The notes under the pieces are model-generated. The model saw nothing but the letters and a program-made list of their open reading frames with translations. It did not search any database and was not told where the DNA came from. Positions 46,601 to 55,993 of a stretch of DNA of 64,000 nucleotides are shown here, in pieces. Origin of the DNA: an uncultured Gammaproteobacteria bacterium (lineage in GTDB: Bacteria; Pseudomonadota; Gammaproteobacteria; HK1); assembly GCA_958295465.1 (NCBI GenBank), contig OY282353.1, positions 5,515,664 to 5,579,663 on the forward strand. The letters are read 5' to 3'. Each line of letters starts with the position of its first letter. Position 1 is the stretch's first letter. The position numbers and the translations under genes were made by a program.

Positions 46601-49600
46601 CATACCGGCATGATCACGGAAACGGTCGGTCGCTCCTCTGCAAGCTCCCGCTCCGCAATTTCCCTGATGCCGCCCGGTAGATCTTCCGCCGCAGTATTTC
46701 CGAATCTCTGAAGCTCCTCGATCAGTCGATTCCGCGGCCTCCGGAGATGCGACAGATCAGGTCCGTGTACGAGCTCGCCCACATCGAACTGCCCACCGAA
46801 ATCCATGCTCGCGAAATCCATGCTCGGCATCGACTGAAATCCCTTATGCACGCCGATCCGTAGATGGAAGAGCAGAGGATTGATCCCGCTCGATGCGGCT
46901 TCAGGATAGCGGGACAAGTAGGAAATCCCATTGAAGTCCTTGCTGGGTTGGCGTTTTTCATGCCAGCCCTGGGTGCAATAGTGGCTGAGTGGATCGACAC
47001 CGGAGGAACGAACGTCCGGATTTGCTTCGAGGTAGTACTTCTCATCGAAAAAACCGGACCGCCGAACTTCATCTATGTCATCGGCCATGCTCGGAATGTG
47101 ATCGGGCCATTCTTCATCGCCATCGACGCTCGAGGGATGATGACCGGAAGCGGTCCCGATGGGAGCCGTAGCGGTCACGTTGAACCCGGATTCCTTCACG
47201 AGCAGGCCCATGACCCTCTCGATGGCGTGCTGCAGACATCCATCCGTCTGGCCTGCCTCCACTTCGAATTGTTCCGGATCGATCAGCTCCTTGTCCATGA
47301 GCCCCTTCAACGATGCGACTCGAAACCAGAACATCGAACCGGCGGAGAAGTCGAAGTTATAGGAGCCGATCAGATCTGCTCGCCCAATTTTTCGTAGCAG
47401 CTTGTCCAGCCAGTAGTGGTTACTGATGTGACGTTGCCTCTTCGATAGATCCACCAGAGACCCCCGGGGAACGATCATGCCCAGCTTCTCGTCTCGTGAG
47501 AACTCGCGGGTGATCTCTTCGATATCCGTCTTCAGTAAAGCATCCAGAAGCCTTTTGCGTATCGCATCGCCGTCATTTCTATATTCCGTCTTCTTGGTGT
47601 GTATCTTGCAAGCCGTTTCGTAACCACGTTCGACCAGGAGAGGATAGATCTTCAGGAAGGGGCGAATATCGCGTCCGCGATTTTCCAACATCATCATGTA
47701 CAGGTTGGGGAACTTCCCGCGAATCCTGGCTATTGTCGCCATGGAGACGGATTCGTGCACCGTCACGAACATGTCGATCTTGCCGGCGATCGGATCCAGG
47801 TACTCTGTAATAATGTCGTCTACGAGGTCTTCGTAATATACGTGAAATATCACGCAAATGTCGTTCGATTTCTTGAATCTTGCATTTATCTCTTCAATCA
47901 GATTCCTTCTGCTCACCGTTTCGAGGGCGGATCGGGTCGCCTGCAGATATGCGTGGCCGTATCGCTGATCCGGCTCCAGGTAGGCACCTTCCGCCCACTC
48001 GTTCCAGGCGTTGATGAACACCAGCCTCTCGTCCCCGGTACGGCGCGCACATGTCCGTTCCATGACACCCCGCAACCACTTCTCGTACGCACCGGGGCTC
48101 GCGCCGTGAAAAATGGTAGCCGAGTCCCGTCTGCGAGCCGTGTTGTCCCAGTCAGGAGCTACACAATGGAACCTCGTGATATGGTCCGGAATGTCCGCTT
48201 CCAAGCGTCTCTCGACAAGCTTGGTGTAGCTCCGAACCGATCCGGCGTAATTGGGATTCAGTTTTCGTCCCGGTATCCCGATGCCAAGATCGTGCGAACC
48301 GTGGGGCGGATATTCGACAATAGCATCCATACCGTAGATCGCCGGATCGGTATCGACGCGCTCATATTCGAACGATGCGACCATGGCCAGATATAATTCA
48401 CCAACGCCTTCCTCTCTGCAGAGCTCACGCCAGCTACGCACGGTGGATTGAATATCGGGAAACAACCCGATCCTGTAGACCAGGAACAGGGGTTTCCCAT
48501 CTATTCGTATGTAGTTGGGGTGCCTGAAGTACCGAATCACATCACGCATGGCCTCCAAATCGTCCTCAGCGTGATGCCGCTGAGCGAGCAGTATCTCACC
48601 CTCCTTCCCGTCCCAGCGTCGGGTCCAGGGTTCATTTGCCCATGACAGGCAGAAGGGAAAATCCGGCTTGCCGGTCGCGAGCATTCTCTCGATCGGCATT
48701 TCCAGCAGGCGCCGCCCCTCGAACCAATAGTAGTGATAGCAGAAACCGTGGATTCCGTAGTAGCGCGCAAGAGCCGCCTGCCGCTCCATTACTTCGACGA
48801 TTCGCAAATCGTAGAAGCCGAGGTCCGCGGGGAGACGGGGTTGATAGTGTCCTTCGAATTGGGGAGCTGCCTTTCCGACGTTCGTCCATTCCGTGAAGCC
48901 TTGTCCCCACCACTCGTCATTTTCAGGAATCGGATGAAACTGGGGCAAATAGAACGCGATCAGTTTCACGGACAGGGATTCCGGATCGATCGGATCGGTA
49001 CATTTCGCGACGTGCGATCCCGACCGGGAATCTGCAACCTCCAGCGGACGGTATGGCTTAGGACGTGGATTCGATCCGTGCGAATCCATCCGTGGGTGAG
49101 ATTCGCCCCCCCAGTTGCGCTCGGCGACCGCTTCGCTCAACCCCTGGATGCGCCCGTTGCGCTCCGCGGCTTTCCTGGCATGAGCGAAGTCCTCCCACGC
49201 GCGGTAGGCGTCCGTGTATCGAAACAGCAGCGGGGCAGATCGGAAGAGCTCCTCCTTGATGCGCATCTTGACCGACCAGGGAAGTGGCAATCGGTAATAG
49301 AGCCATTGAGCGGTCAGACTTGCGATCGTGCGCGCCTTCGACACCGGCCTCTGTATGACATGTCGCTGCAAGCTTCGAAGCGGAGCGGTGATCCGCCAAC
49401 TGTTGGAGCCGTACAGGGCCGCGATCTCGTCTCCACGCCGGTCCAAGGCCTCGTTCAACTCCTCGATGCGCCCGTCGCGCTCGGCGACCATCTCGCTCAG
49501 CCCCTCGATGCGCCCGTCGCGCTCGGCGACCATCTCGCTCAGCCCCTCGATGCGCCCGTCGCGCTCGGCGACCATCTCGCTCAGCCCCTCGATGCGCCCG

Positions 49601-50700
49601 TCGCGCTCGGCGACCATCTCGCTCAGCCCCTCGATGCGCCCGTCGCGCTCGGCGACCATCTCGCTCAGCCCCTCGATGCGCCCGTCGCGCTCGGCGACCA
49701 TCTCGCTCAGCCCCTCGATGCGCCCGTCGCGCTCGGCGACCATCTCGCTCAGCCCCTCGATGCGCCCGTCGCGCTCGGCGACCATCTCGCTCAGCCCCTC
49801 GATGCGCCCGTCGCGCTCGGCGATCGATTGTTCGCAGTCGGCAATGTAGCGGCTGAAGAGCGGTGTCGCTTCGTCGAAAGCCGATCTGATTCGATCCAGC
49901 AATGCGATATCCGTCTCGCAAACCTCACCGCGACTCCATCGATTGAACAATTCGAAGCACTGCCCAAGCCAGCGTGAGAGTACGGGATTCGTCAGAAACG
50001 TCGCGTCGTCGGACTGATGATGGTGCAGCTCGGGAGAGAGGAATCGCTCGATCTTCGCATGAGCATGAACCGACGCGCGCTTCGGCCACGAAACGTCGAG
50101 GTCCCGTCCCAGACGATCCGTGATCGCGTGCGGTTCGGAGAGAAGCGTCTCGTAACGCAAACATGCGCGCTTGAGGTTCCGCGATCCCGATTCCGCTTCC
50201 AACACGTGCCGCAGCCAGATGAGATGCCCGCAGGAAACGCCGATTCCATCGCGTTGCTTCAGTGACGTGGCCACGTCGAGGGGATTGCGGATGGGTAATA
50301 CGACTCGAGGCTCGGCGCCGAACGTTTCCAGCGCCTCGATCCAGAAGGGGAGCAATCGGCATAGACGAGGGTCTTTCACCACGAATAGCCGGCTGTCGCC
50401 GAATTCCCGGTGGAGCAACACCTGGGCCCGTTCCCGGAACGGGCCGGCCGTCGGGGAAGCATACCAACCCGGATCGAAGGGTCGCCAATCATTCCAATCG
50501 GAATCCGAGGACCACAGAATATCCCGATTCAGCTCCCAGATCGGTCGAGACTCCCAGAATCCTTCATCGTTGTTGTCGGGAACGGGCTCCATCAAGGTCT
50601 TCGGCAGGTCGCACCCCTCCAGATTCAATACGCGAGACAGGGCCGAGGTGCCGCTCCGGTGCATGCCGGCGACGAGGATCGCGATCTTTCGATGGGACAT
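43519..50700 (-). CDS. 2393-aa multidomain polysaccharide synthase: sulfotransferase, coiled-coil repeats, WbsX-like, RgpF-like, GT2, GT4, GT2, Zn-ribbon tail
   Basis: N-terminus GMHRSGTS plus RNPLDVATS (PAPS-binding motifs). [14 protein letters not shown] x8. [25 protein letters not shown] (WbsX). [20 protein letters not shown] (RgpF). [24 protein letters not shown] (GT2). [20 protein letters not shown] (GT4). [15 protein letters not shown] (GT2). CCNVCN..CARCGS (Zn ribbon). Confidence 0.85.
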   Translation of the reverse strand: MSHRKIAILVAGMHRSGTSALSRVLNLEGCDLPKTLMEPVPDNNDEGFWESRPIWELNRDILWSSDSDWNDWRPFDPGWYASPTAGPFRERAQVLLHREFGDSRLFVVKDPRLCRLLPFWIEALETFGAEPRVVLPIRNPLDVATSLKQRDGIGVSCGHLIWLRHVLEAESGSRNLKRACLRYETLLSEPHAITDRLGRDLDVSWPKRASVHAHAKIERFLSPELHHHQSDDATFLTNPVLSRWLGQCFELFNRWSRGEVCETDIALLDRIRSAFDEATPLFSRYIADCEQSIAERDGRIEGLSEMVAERDGRIEGLSEMVAERDGRIEGLSEMVAERDGRIEGLSEMVAERDGRIEGLSEMVAERDGRIEGLSEMVAERDGRIEGLSEMVAERDGRIEGLSEMVAERDGRIEELNEALDRRGDEIAALYGSNSWRITAPLRSLQRHVIQRPVSKARTIASLTAQWLYYRLPLPWSVKMRIKEELFRSAPLLFRYTDAYRAWEDFAHARKAAERNGRIQGLSEAVAERNWGGESHPRMDSHGSNPRPKPYRPLEVADSRSGSHVAKCTDPIDPESLSVKLIAFYLPQFHPIPENDEWWGQGFTEWTNVGKAAPQFEGHYQPRLPADLGFYDLRIVEVMERQAALARYYGIHGFCYHYYWFEGRRLLEMPIERMLATGKPDFPFCLSWANEPWTRRWDGKEGEILLAQRHHAEDDLEAMRDVIRYFRHPNYIRIDGKPLFLVYRIGLFPDIQSTVRSWRELCREEGVGELYLAMVASFEYERVDTDPAIYGMDAIVEYPPHGSHDLGIGIPGRKLNPNYAGSVRSYTKLVERRLEADIPDHITRFHCVAPDWDNTARRRDSATIFHGASPGAYEKWLRGVMERTCARRTGDERLVFINAWNEWAEGAYLEPDQRYGHAYLQATRSALETVSRRNLIEEINARFKKSNDICVIFHVYYEDLVDDIITEYLDPIAGKIDMFVTVHESVSMATIARIRGKFPNLYMMMLENRGRDIRPFLKIYPLLVERGYETACKIHTKKTEYRNDGDAIRKRLLDALLKTDIEEITREFSRDEKLGMIVPRGSLVDLSKRQRHISNHYWLDKLLRKIGRADLIGSYNFDFSAGSMFWFRVASLKGLMDKELIDPEQFEVEAGQTDGCLQHAIERVMGLLVKESGFNVTATAPIGTASGHHPSSVDGDEEWPDHIPSMADDIDEVRRSGFFDEKYYLEANPDVRSSGVDPLSHYCTQGWHEKRQPSKDFNGISYLSRYPEAASSGINPLLFHLRIGVHKGFQSMPSMDFASMDFGGQFDVGELVHGPDLSHLRRPRNRLIEELQRFGNTAAEDLPGGIREIAERELAEERPTVSVIMPVWNREKFICRAIQSVLAQSYMPHEIIVVDDGSNDSSRDVVRDRFAAEINSGIVRLIEKSHTGVCDTRNAGLKSATGDLIAYLDSDNTWRRDYLLVMAALFSSAREVATAYAAFHLHNLDSGADYIHSVPYDRAELLIKNFIDLNTFMHRRYVYLQNGGFDVDLTRLVDWDFIISVTRRYSPVFVPYVGADYYLGKAELGNITHTVDLGANMKRVLRKHAAERIRHGIVPIKLAYVLWDWPALSQTFVLEELRWLVRNGQDVAVYFRIEPDRAAEPDFEIDAHRVRDATHLAKLLIRDGRTLCHTHFAAPAAHALTWPASKATGIPFTLFAHAVDIFHDHNRNRNRIAEVVRDPRCLKVFVYGDHHRRFLEEQGVPAEKIAFNMQAVDLSEFEKIPPLADFPSPPSEVRRGILIGRFIEKKGIEVLIDAAARLQGTSVAFDVYGYGPLETSCRKKLAELGIENVNIKGPLDGVQAVAAAIGEADFLVVPSIVAADGDREGFPTVILEAMAAGRPVIASAVSAVPDYLRDMAEAILVTPGDPHSLVDGVRRLLAMTPERREAMLSEARNFLRRHAGTERTLRNYVDVWQSRPVDVFMVTYNTAEYENRAETFEIIRRVLRHTTTPFTLTIIDNNSDPDFRRELIELCTGRSNVRLVFLKDNLLCGPASNMAMALGDASFSIYLCSKEAFVGKHGWERYLIDHMRRNPGHAMAGYRTHLPRFTLGREIVGHPDFARFRNQEFAKRNPDWVFTHVQGGVYIIRRSVIGRHGGFSEQTPQNNMDVEFSYFLESQGEELGAIGEVASLTVKTLPTLSAVLDEHTVVAHPLTLETARGLLDTRRNGRRACCNVCNAESASILEDAGTCARCGSTPFGRSVFQRLAHDWRTHRGGHAVLLTMDPALGKALGARMFHVVYHGRDPDSAAEAIASMKGKVDLAVVDTDCFAASAPGSAEGRQVWSSLAAGLAPAGLGVYPGAGPSSGNSPLYGGLGARPTDASEREERDAAAAPRALSRVLGHDWRRIREIPGPELPR
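49444..49821 (-). repeat. In-frame tandem repeat: 42-bp unit, 8 identical copies plus 1 degenerate copy
   Basis: GACCATCTCGCTCAGCCCCTCGATGCGCCCGTCGCGCTCGGC starts at 49486 and then every 42 nt to 49780. The degenerate unit at 49444-49485 encodes [14 protein letters not shown]. Confidence 0.95.
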
Positions 50701-50733
50701 TTTTCAGGTTCCGGAATCGGGCCCGCGGGCGTT

Positions 50734-51675
50734 CTAGAGCTTGTTCAACAAGGATGCGGCAAGCAGTCCGAGAGTTTCCGCACGCCTCTGGCGGTACACG
50801 CCGGACTTGATGATTCGCCGCAGTCTGGACGAAAAACGGCCCTCGGTCACCGCTTGGCGGTAGGTGTCGAAGATGCGCCGGTTCTCCGGCGCAAGAAGGT
50901 GTCTGGTTTCATACAACGCCCGGCAGTTCGCGGCGTTGGAGTCTCGAAAGTCGCCTCTGGCAATCCTTGCGAGGCGCCGGGCGTGGTCGGATGGACGGAC
51001 CGACGAACCAATCAGGTTGCGATCATGCTGGCGATACCGTGCAGAAGGATGCGGATCGTAGAACACCTTTCCGCCGGCGCCGGTGACGAGAAGGTATGTC
51101 CACCAATCGTGGATCGGTCCCTCCCTTACGCCCGAGGCGCGCAGGAGCTCGCGCGCCGCCCGGTTCATGACCATGGTGTGCCCGCTGACGATGTTCTGCG
51201 CCAGCGCGTTCCGAAAGCACGGCGGCCTGCGGTACAGCGGCGAAAGCCCCAGATCGCGACCGTTCTCGCCAATCAGCCGCGTCCTCGACCCATAGAGCGC
51301 CGGGACGGCATCGGGAGCCCGCTCCAGCACTGCTACGGCGCGAGACAGCTTGTCGCGATACCAGACGTCGTCCTGGTCCGAATAGGCGAAATAATCGGCT
51401 CGAATCTCCGGATTGAAGACCAGGGAGAAAAAATTCGCCGAGCATCCCTGCTTCGGCCCTTCGAGGACGAAAAAGCGATCCGCTCCGAACGTGGGGGCAT
51501 GCTCTTCAAGCACGGCACCCACGTCTTCCCCGTCGCAGTCTCTCGATATCCATAATTCGAAGTTCTCGTGGCTCTGGGCCCGGATGGACGAGAGCTGCTC
51601 CGGCAGGAAGCGTGCATCTTCGAACACCGCCATGAGCACCGCGACCTTGGGCCGGGTCCCCGTCTCGCCGTTCAA
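50734..51675 (-). CDS. GT2-family glycosyltransferase (rhamnosyltransferase-like)
   Basis: PKVAVLMAVFEDARFLPEQLSSIRAQ and YSDQDDVW (DxD). A probable TTG start at 51675 overlaps the wzt stop (TTGA). Confidence 0.75.
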   Translation of the reverse strand: MNGETGTRPKVAVLMAVFEDARFLPEQLSSIRAQSHENFELWISRDCDGEDVGAVLEEHAPTFGADRFFVLEGPKQGCSANFFSLVFNPEIRADYFAYSDQDDVWYRDKLSRAVAVLERAPDAVPALYGSRTRLIGENGRDLGLSPLYRRPPCFRNALAQNIVSGHTMVMNRAARELLRASGVREGPIHDWWTYLLVTGAGGKVFYDPHPSARYRQHDRNLIGSSVRPSDHARRLARIARGDFRDSNAANCRALYETRHLLAPENRRIFDTYRQAVTEGRFSSRLRRIIKSGVYRQRRAETLGLLAASLLNKL

Positions 51676-52430
51676 TGATTCATCTCCCCGTACTCCCGCA
51701 GCACCTCGCCTATCGGCCCGGACGCTCTGACCCGCCCGGCATCGAGGAGCACTCCCGTGGTGCAGTTGCGCTCGAGCAACGCGGGGTTGTGAGAAGCGAG
51801 CACCAGAATGCCCGCGCGGTTCACGAACTCTTCGAGCCGGCGTCCAGCCTTCTCGACGAAGGCCGCATCGCCGAGCCCGATCCATTCGTCCATCAACAGG
51901 ATCTCGGGCTCGATGCAGGTACACACCGCGAGGGCGAGTCGCAGCTTCATGCCGGTCGAGTAGGTATGCATCGGCATCGCCAGGTAGTCGCCGAGCTCGG
52001 TGAATGCCGCTATTTCACCGGTGCGCTCGCGAACCTCCGCCGGAGTGAACCCGAGGAATATCCCGCGCATCATGATGTTCTCGTATCCCGTTGCACTTGG
52101 ATCGATGCCCAGAGACCAATCGAACAGCGGGGACACCTGCCCCCGGCGCCGCATCCACCCCAACGTCGGCTGGTAGACGCCCGCGAGCACCCGCAGCAGC
52201 GTCGTCTTGCCTGAGCCGTTGGTGCCGATCAGGCCGACCCGGTCGCCACGCCCGAACGTGAGACTCACGTCCTCCAGCGCCCGCACCGACACACGGTTTT
52301 CGGCGGTGCGGGCGATGCGCCCGCCGGTGCTCTTGCGCAGCAGGTTGTTCTTCAGGGAGCGGGAATCCGCGCTGTACACCGGGAAATCGACCGTCACGCC
52401 GGTGAGCTGAAAGCCGGTCTCGATGTTCAT
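51672..52430 (-). CDS. wzt: Polysaccharide-export ABC transporter ATP-binding protein (Wzt/TagH-like), short form
   Basis: Walker A GTNGSGKTT, signature YSTGMKLRL, Walker B ILLMDE. At 252 aa there is no C-terminal glycan-binding domain. Confidence 0.85.
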   Translation of the reverse strand: MNIETGFQLTGVTVDFPVYSADSRSLKNNLLRKSTGGRIARTAENRVSVRALEDVSLTFGRGDRVGLIGTNGSGKTTLLRVLAGVYQPTLGWMRRRGQVSPLFDWSLGIDPSATGYENIMMRGIFLGFTPAEVRERTGEIAAFTELGDYLAMPMHTYSTGMKLRLALAVCTCIEPEILLMDEWIGLGDAAFVEKAGRRLEEFVNRAGILVLASHNPALLERNCTTGVLLDAGRVRASGPIGEVLREYGEMNH

Positions 52431-53329
52431 ACCCAGTAAGCGATCCGCCCGCGGTAGAGGCGATACATGAGGAGCGTCACGAGCCAGCCGCCGAGGGTGA
52501 TGCCCAGGACCACGAGCCACGAGACGAGCCCCGGCGTCTGCCCGAGCGCCGGCGCCCGCACCAGCTCCATGAAATGAAAGAACGGATTGAGGTCCAACAG
52601 GTATGCGCGGTCGGGCACCAGTTCGGGCTTCCAGATGATCGGCGTCAGGAAGAAGGCGATCCGCATGACGCTGGCCACAAGCTGGGGAACGTCCCGGAAG
52701 CGGGCCGACACCAGGCCGAGCAGCAGCCCTATCCACACGCCGTTCAGACAGAGAAGCGCAAGGCCCGGGAGGAACAGAAGCCCGGCCCAGCCCGGTTGGA
52801 TCGAGAAAAGGACGGCCGCGACGATATACACGACGGCGTTGTGGGCGAAGATGATGAGGTTGCGCCATGCCAGGCGGTACACATGGATCGACAGGGGCAG
52901 GTTCACCTGCTTGATGATGCCCCCGGCGCTGATGAACACGGTGCAGCCTTCGTTGATCTGGTCCGAGAGCAACCCCCAGAGGACAAAGCCGGCGGCGATG
53001 AACGGCAAGTAGTCCGCGACGTCCACCTTGAACAGTCCGGCATACAGCACGCCCAGCCCCCCCACCAGCGCCCCCATGCTCACGGTGAGCCAGAACGGAC
53101 CGAACGTGGAGCGGCGATAGCGCAGACGGATGTCCTGCCAGCCGAGCATGCCCCATAAACGGAAAGCGCAAGCCCCCCCGATGATGTCCTGAAGGGCCAG
53201 CGTGGTTTGCGATGAGGGGGGAGACGTGAGGGCGATGTTTCTGGAGGTTTCCGCCGCGCTGTCGTCAGGTACGGCCGAATGGGCACCCGCATCGGCTGAT
53301 GACATCTGCATTCGATCTCCTTGCGCCAT
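52427..53329 (-). CDS. wzm: ABC-2-type polysaccharide export permease (Wzm)
   Basis: 6-TM ABC-2 pattern (WQDIRLRYRRSTFGPFW). ATGA overlap with wzt. Start codon uncertain. Confidence 0.8.
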   Translation of the reverse strand: MAQGDRMQMSSADAGAHSAVPDDSAAETSRNIALTSPPSSQTTLALQDIIGGACAFRLWGMLGWQDIRLRYRRSTFGPFWLTVSMGALVGGLGVLYAGLFKVDVADYLPFIAAGFVLWGLLSDQINEGCTVFISAGGIIKQVNLPLSIHVYRLAWRNLIIFAHNAVVYIVAAVLFSIQPGWAGLLFLPGLALLCLNGVWIGLLLGLVSARFRDVPQLVASVMRIAFFLTPIIWKPELVPDRAYLLDLNPFFHFMELVRAPALGQTPGLVSWLVVLGITLGGWLVTLLMYRLYRGRIAYWV

Positions 53330-53374
53330 CCGTGAGCGCCACCACGAAATGATACGGCGATGAGGGGGGAGGAT

Positions 53375-53551
53375 TCAATCCGCACCGGGATTGGACTTGC
53401 CGCCCACCTCGACCTGCCCCGGCGTCAGCCGCGCCTCGGTCGCGAACGCCTGCACCAAGTGCAGCGGCAAGTGGTTCGCAGCGTCCTCGAACGAGCGCCT
53501 CACAGCCTTGCCGTCCACCGCCACGATGTCGCGGAATGTCCCCGCCCAATC
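53375..53551 (-). pseudogene. ISAs1-family transposase fragment
   Basis: FRDIVAVDGKAVRRSFEDAANHLPLHLVQAFATEARLTPGQVEVGGKSN matches the conserved AIDGKTLRGS...LH.VSAFA....LGQ..V.EKSNE block. It is cut at both ends. Confidence 0.6.
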
Positions 53552-53561
53552 TCCCGCCGGT

Positions 53562-53760
53562 CGCGGCGAAGCTCAAGGGGGCGAGCACGACCCCGATGAA
53601 CGTGAACACGATCACCCCGCCCGTCGCCGCCCCGACCTTCTCGATGGGTACGACACGGGCGACCTCGGCAGGATAGATGCCGTTCCAGCCGATCGCGGTG
53701 AGGCCGAGAACGATACAGACGCCGGATCCGTCCCGCAACGGCCACGGACGGCGCTCACCG
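53562..53760 (-). pseudogene. MFS-transporter C-terminal fragment
   Basis: LGLTAIGWNGIYPAEVARVVPIEKVGAATGGVIVFTFIGVVLAPLSFAA resembles the last TM pairs of an MFS protein. It abuts the ISAs1 fragment in another frame. Confidence 0.45.
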
Positions 53761-53944
53761 GCGACCGGCGCGCGGCCCTGAACGCCGAAGGCATTGCCGG
53801 CGCCCGGCCCGAGTGTCGCGGGCGATGCATTACCGGCCGACCATGGCGGAATCGACGACATGGATGACCGCGCCGATCCGGGGCGGGCTTGACGGAATCC
53901 GGGCTTGCCGGAACGATCTGCACGGTCGGGACGCACCGCTTGGC

Positions 53945-54100
53945 TCACGATTCGGCGAGGGCGGCGCGTTGCGCTTCGATGAGGAAGGCGACGCCATCGC
54001 ATGCGAGGTTCAGCATGGCATCGAGTTCAGTGCGTCGGAACGTGCGCCCTTCCGCCGTACCTTGGACCTCGATGAATCCCCCGGCGTCCGAATTCTCCCG
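53945..54100 (-). pseudogene. rph: RNase PH C-terminal fragment
   Basis: [45 protein letters not shown] matches the Rph C-terminus (..vEvQGTAEG.pF....L..lL.LA..Gi..l...Q). The upstream ~180 aa are missing. Confidence 0.6.
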
Positions 54101-54182
54101 AAGGACGGGATACGGGATCGCACCGGCGGCCGGATGACGGCCTGCTGAAGGATCCACGAGGGGAAAAACGGTGGACATCACC

Positions 54183-55055
54183 ATGAAGGGCATCATCCTC
54201 GCCGGCGGAGAAGGCACACGGCTTTACCCCGTGACGAGCGCGGTGAGCAAACAGCTCCTGCCCGTCTACGACAAGCCGATGATCTACTACCCGCTGAGTG
54301 TTCTGATGCTCGCGGGGATCCGGGACATCCTGGTGATCACCACGCCACGGCATCGCGCCGACTTCCAGCGGTTGCTGGGCGACGGCAACCGATGGGGCCT
54401 CGCGCTCCGCTACGCCGTGCAGCCGAACCCCGACGGCCTGGCGCAAGCCTTCCTGATCGGCAAGGCATTCATCGGGGACGCCCCCTGCGCCCTGGCGCTC
54501 GGCGACAACATCTTTCACGGACACGGCCTGACCGAGACACTGCGAAGCGCCGTGTCCCGACGCAAAGGAGCGACGGTCTTCGGCTACCAGGTTCCCGATC
54601 CTGAGCGCTACGGCGTGGTCGCCTTCGACGAGACCGGCCGCGCCACGTCCCTCGAGGAGAAACCTGCCCGTCCCCGCTCGCAATGGGCGGTGACGGGACT
54701 TTACTTCTACGACAACGACGTCGTCCGCATTGCCGCGGAGGTCGAGCCGAGCGGGCGCGGCGAGCTGGAGATCACCAGTGTCAACGAACACTACCTTGAA
54801 CGTGGTGACCTCCGCGTAGAAAGGCTGGGCCGCGGATTCGCCTGGTTCGACACCGGGACGCACGACAGCCTCGTGGAAGCCGCCGGATTCGTCCGGACCA
54901 TCGAGAAGCGCCAGAACCAGCGCATCGCCGTTCCCGAGGAAATCGCCTTCCTGAACGGCTGGATCGGCCGCGATGCGCTGGCCGCCCTCGGCCACGATCT
55001 CCGCAAGACCGGTTACGGGAAATACCTGTTGCGACTGGCAAAGGAATCTGAATAA
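54183..55055 (+). CDS. rfbA: Glucose-1-phosphate thymidylyltransferase
   Basis: [35 protein letters not shown] and LGDNIF are canonical RmlA motifs. Confidence 0.95.
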   Translation: MKGIILAGGEGTRLYPVTSAVSKQLLPVYDKPMIYYPLSVLMLAGIRDILVITTPRHRADFQRLLGDGNRWGLALRYAVQPNPDGLAQAFLIGKAFIGDAPCALALGDNIFHGHGLTETLRSAVSRRKGATVFGYQVPDPERYGVVAFDETGRATSLEEKPARPRSQWAVTGLYFYDNDVVRIAAEVEPSGRGELEITSVNEHYLERGDLRVERLGRGFAWFDTGTHDSLVEAAGFVRTIEKRQNQRIAVPEEIAFLNGWIGRDALAALGHDLRKTGYGKYLLRLAKESE

Positions 55056-55125
55056 ACGGCACATTCGACGATATCGGGATCCTGGCCGCCTTCGAGGCCA
55101 CGGCCCCGCCGGGCAGCGCGCTCCT

Positions 55126-55986
55126 TCATTCCGGGAATTCCGGGCGGAACGGGCGGCAGGTGATCCCGAAGGCCTCCCGCACCGGGGCCGGGTCGAGGGT
55201 CAACGCCATGTTCATCCGATCCAGGCTCGCGGCGCTGTATCGCGCGCCGGTCAGGGCCCGCCATGCGAAAAACGCCATGCGCGCCGGTCCGAGCGGCAGG
55301 TGGAGAAGAACGGGGCGCTTGCCCAGGGACTCGAAGATCCGGCGGACCATCTCGCGGTAGGTCAGCGTCTCGCCGCCGGGCAGGCCGAAGAGTGCGTTCC
55401 GTGCGGCGGAAGCGTCCGGGGCGGCGGCCATGGCCTGCGCCACGTCGCCGGCGTGGATCGGCTGGCGGCGCCCGGTGCCCGGCCGGACGATCGGGAAGAC
55501 CCCGAAACGCCGCACGAAGTCCGCAATCGCGCTGACGTTGGCGTCGCGTCCGGGATCGTAGATCAGGGTCGGGCGGAAGATCGTCCAGGCGATCCCTCTG
55601 TCCTCGCAGAGCCGTTGCACTTCCTCCTCGGCGCGTCGCAGCCCCTGGGCCAGATCCCGCTCGTGCGGGTCGGAGCTTTTCGCCTTGAAGAGCACGCTGG
55701 ACGTGCTGAGAGCGATCAGCCGGTCTCCACCGGCGAAGCGCGCGACGAGAGCCGGCAGTGCGGAGATCGGAACGAGGGAGAACAAGGCCGCGGAGGCGGG
55801 AACTTTCAAGATGCCTTCCCCGGATACGCTGCCCCAGGAAAAGCCCGGCGGGGCTTCGTATGGAGCCGGTTCCGTACTGCGGCTGAGACACAGCCCCTCG
55901 AACCCTCCGCCGGCCAGACGTTGTGCGAGATGGCGGCCGACCAGGCCGGTCGCACCGAAAATCACGGCGAAGCGCTTCCCGCCCAT
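55126..55986 (-). CDS. NAD(P)-dependent epimerase/dehydratase-family (atypical SDR) protein
   Basis: FAVIFGATGLVGRHL Rossmann motif. Function not assignable. Confidence 0.65.
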   Translation of the reverse strand: MGGKRFAVIFGATGLVGRHLAQRLAGGGFEGLCLSRSTEPAPYEAPPGFSWGSVSGEGILKVPASAALFSLVPISALPALVARFAGGDRLIALSTSSVLFKAKSSDPHERDLAQGLRRAEEEVQRLCEDRGIAWTIFRPTLIYDPGRDANVSAIADFVRRFGVFPIVRPGTGRRQPIHAGDVAQAMAAAPDASAARNALFGLPGGETLTYREMVRRIFESLGKRPVLLHLPLGPARMAFFAWRALTGARYSAASLDRMNMALTLDPAPVREAFGITCRPFRPEFPE

Positions 55987-55993
55987 CCGGTGG

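Noticed and set aside
49058-49921. Repetitive ORFs 49058-49921(-) and 49328-49849(+), with [14 protein letters not shown] and [14 protein letters not shown] repeats.
   Set aside because: They are the other reading frames of the 42-bp tandem repeat. The frame continuous with the sulfotransferase and glycosyltransferase domains is the real one.
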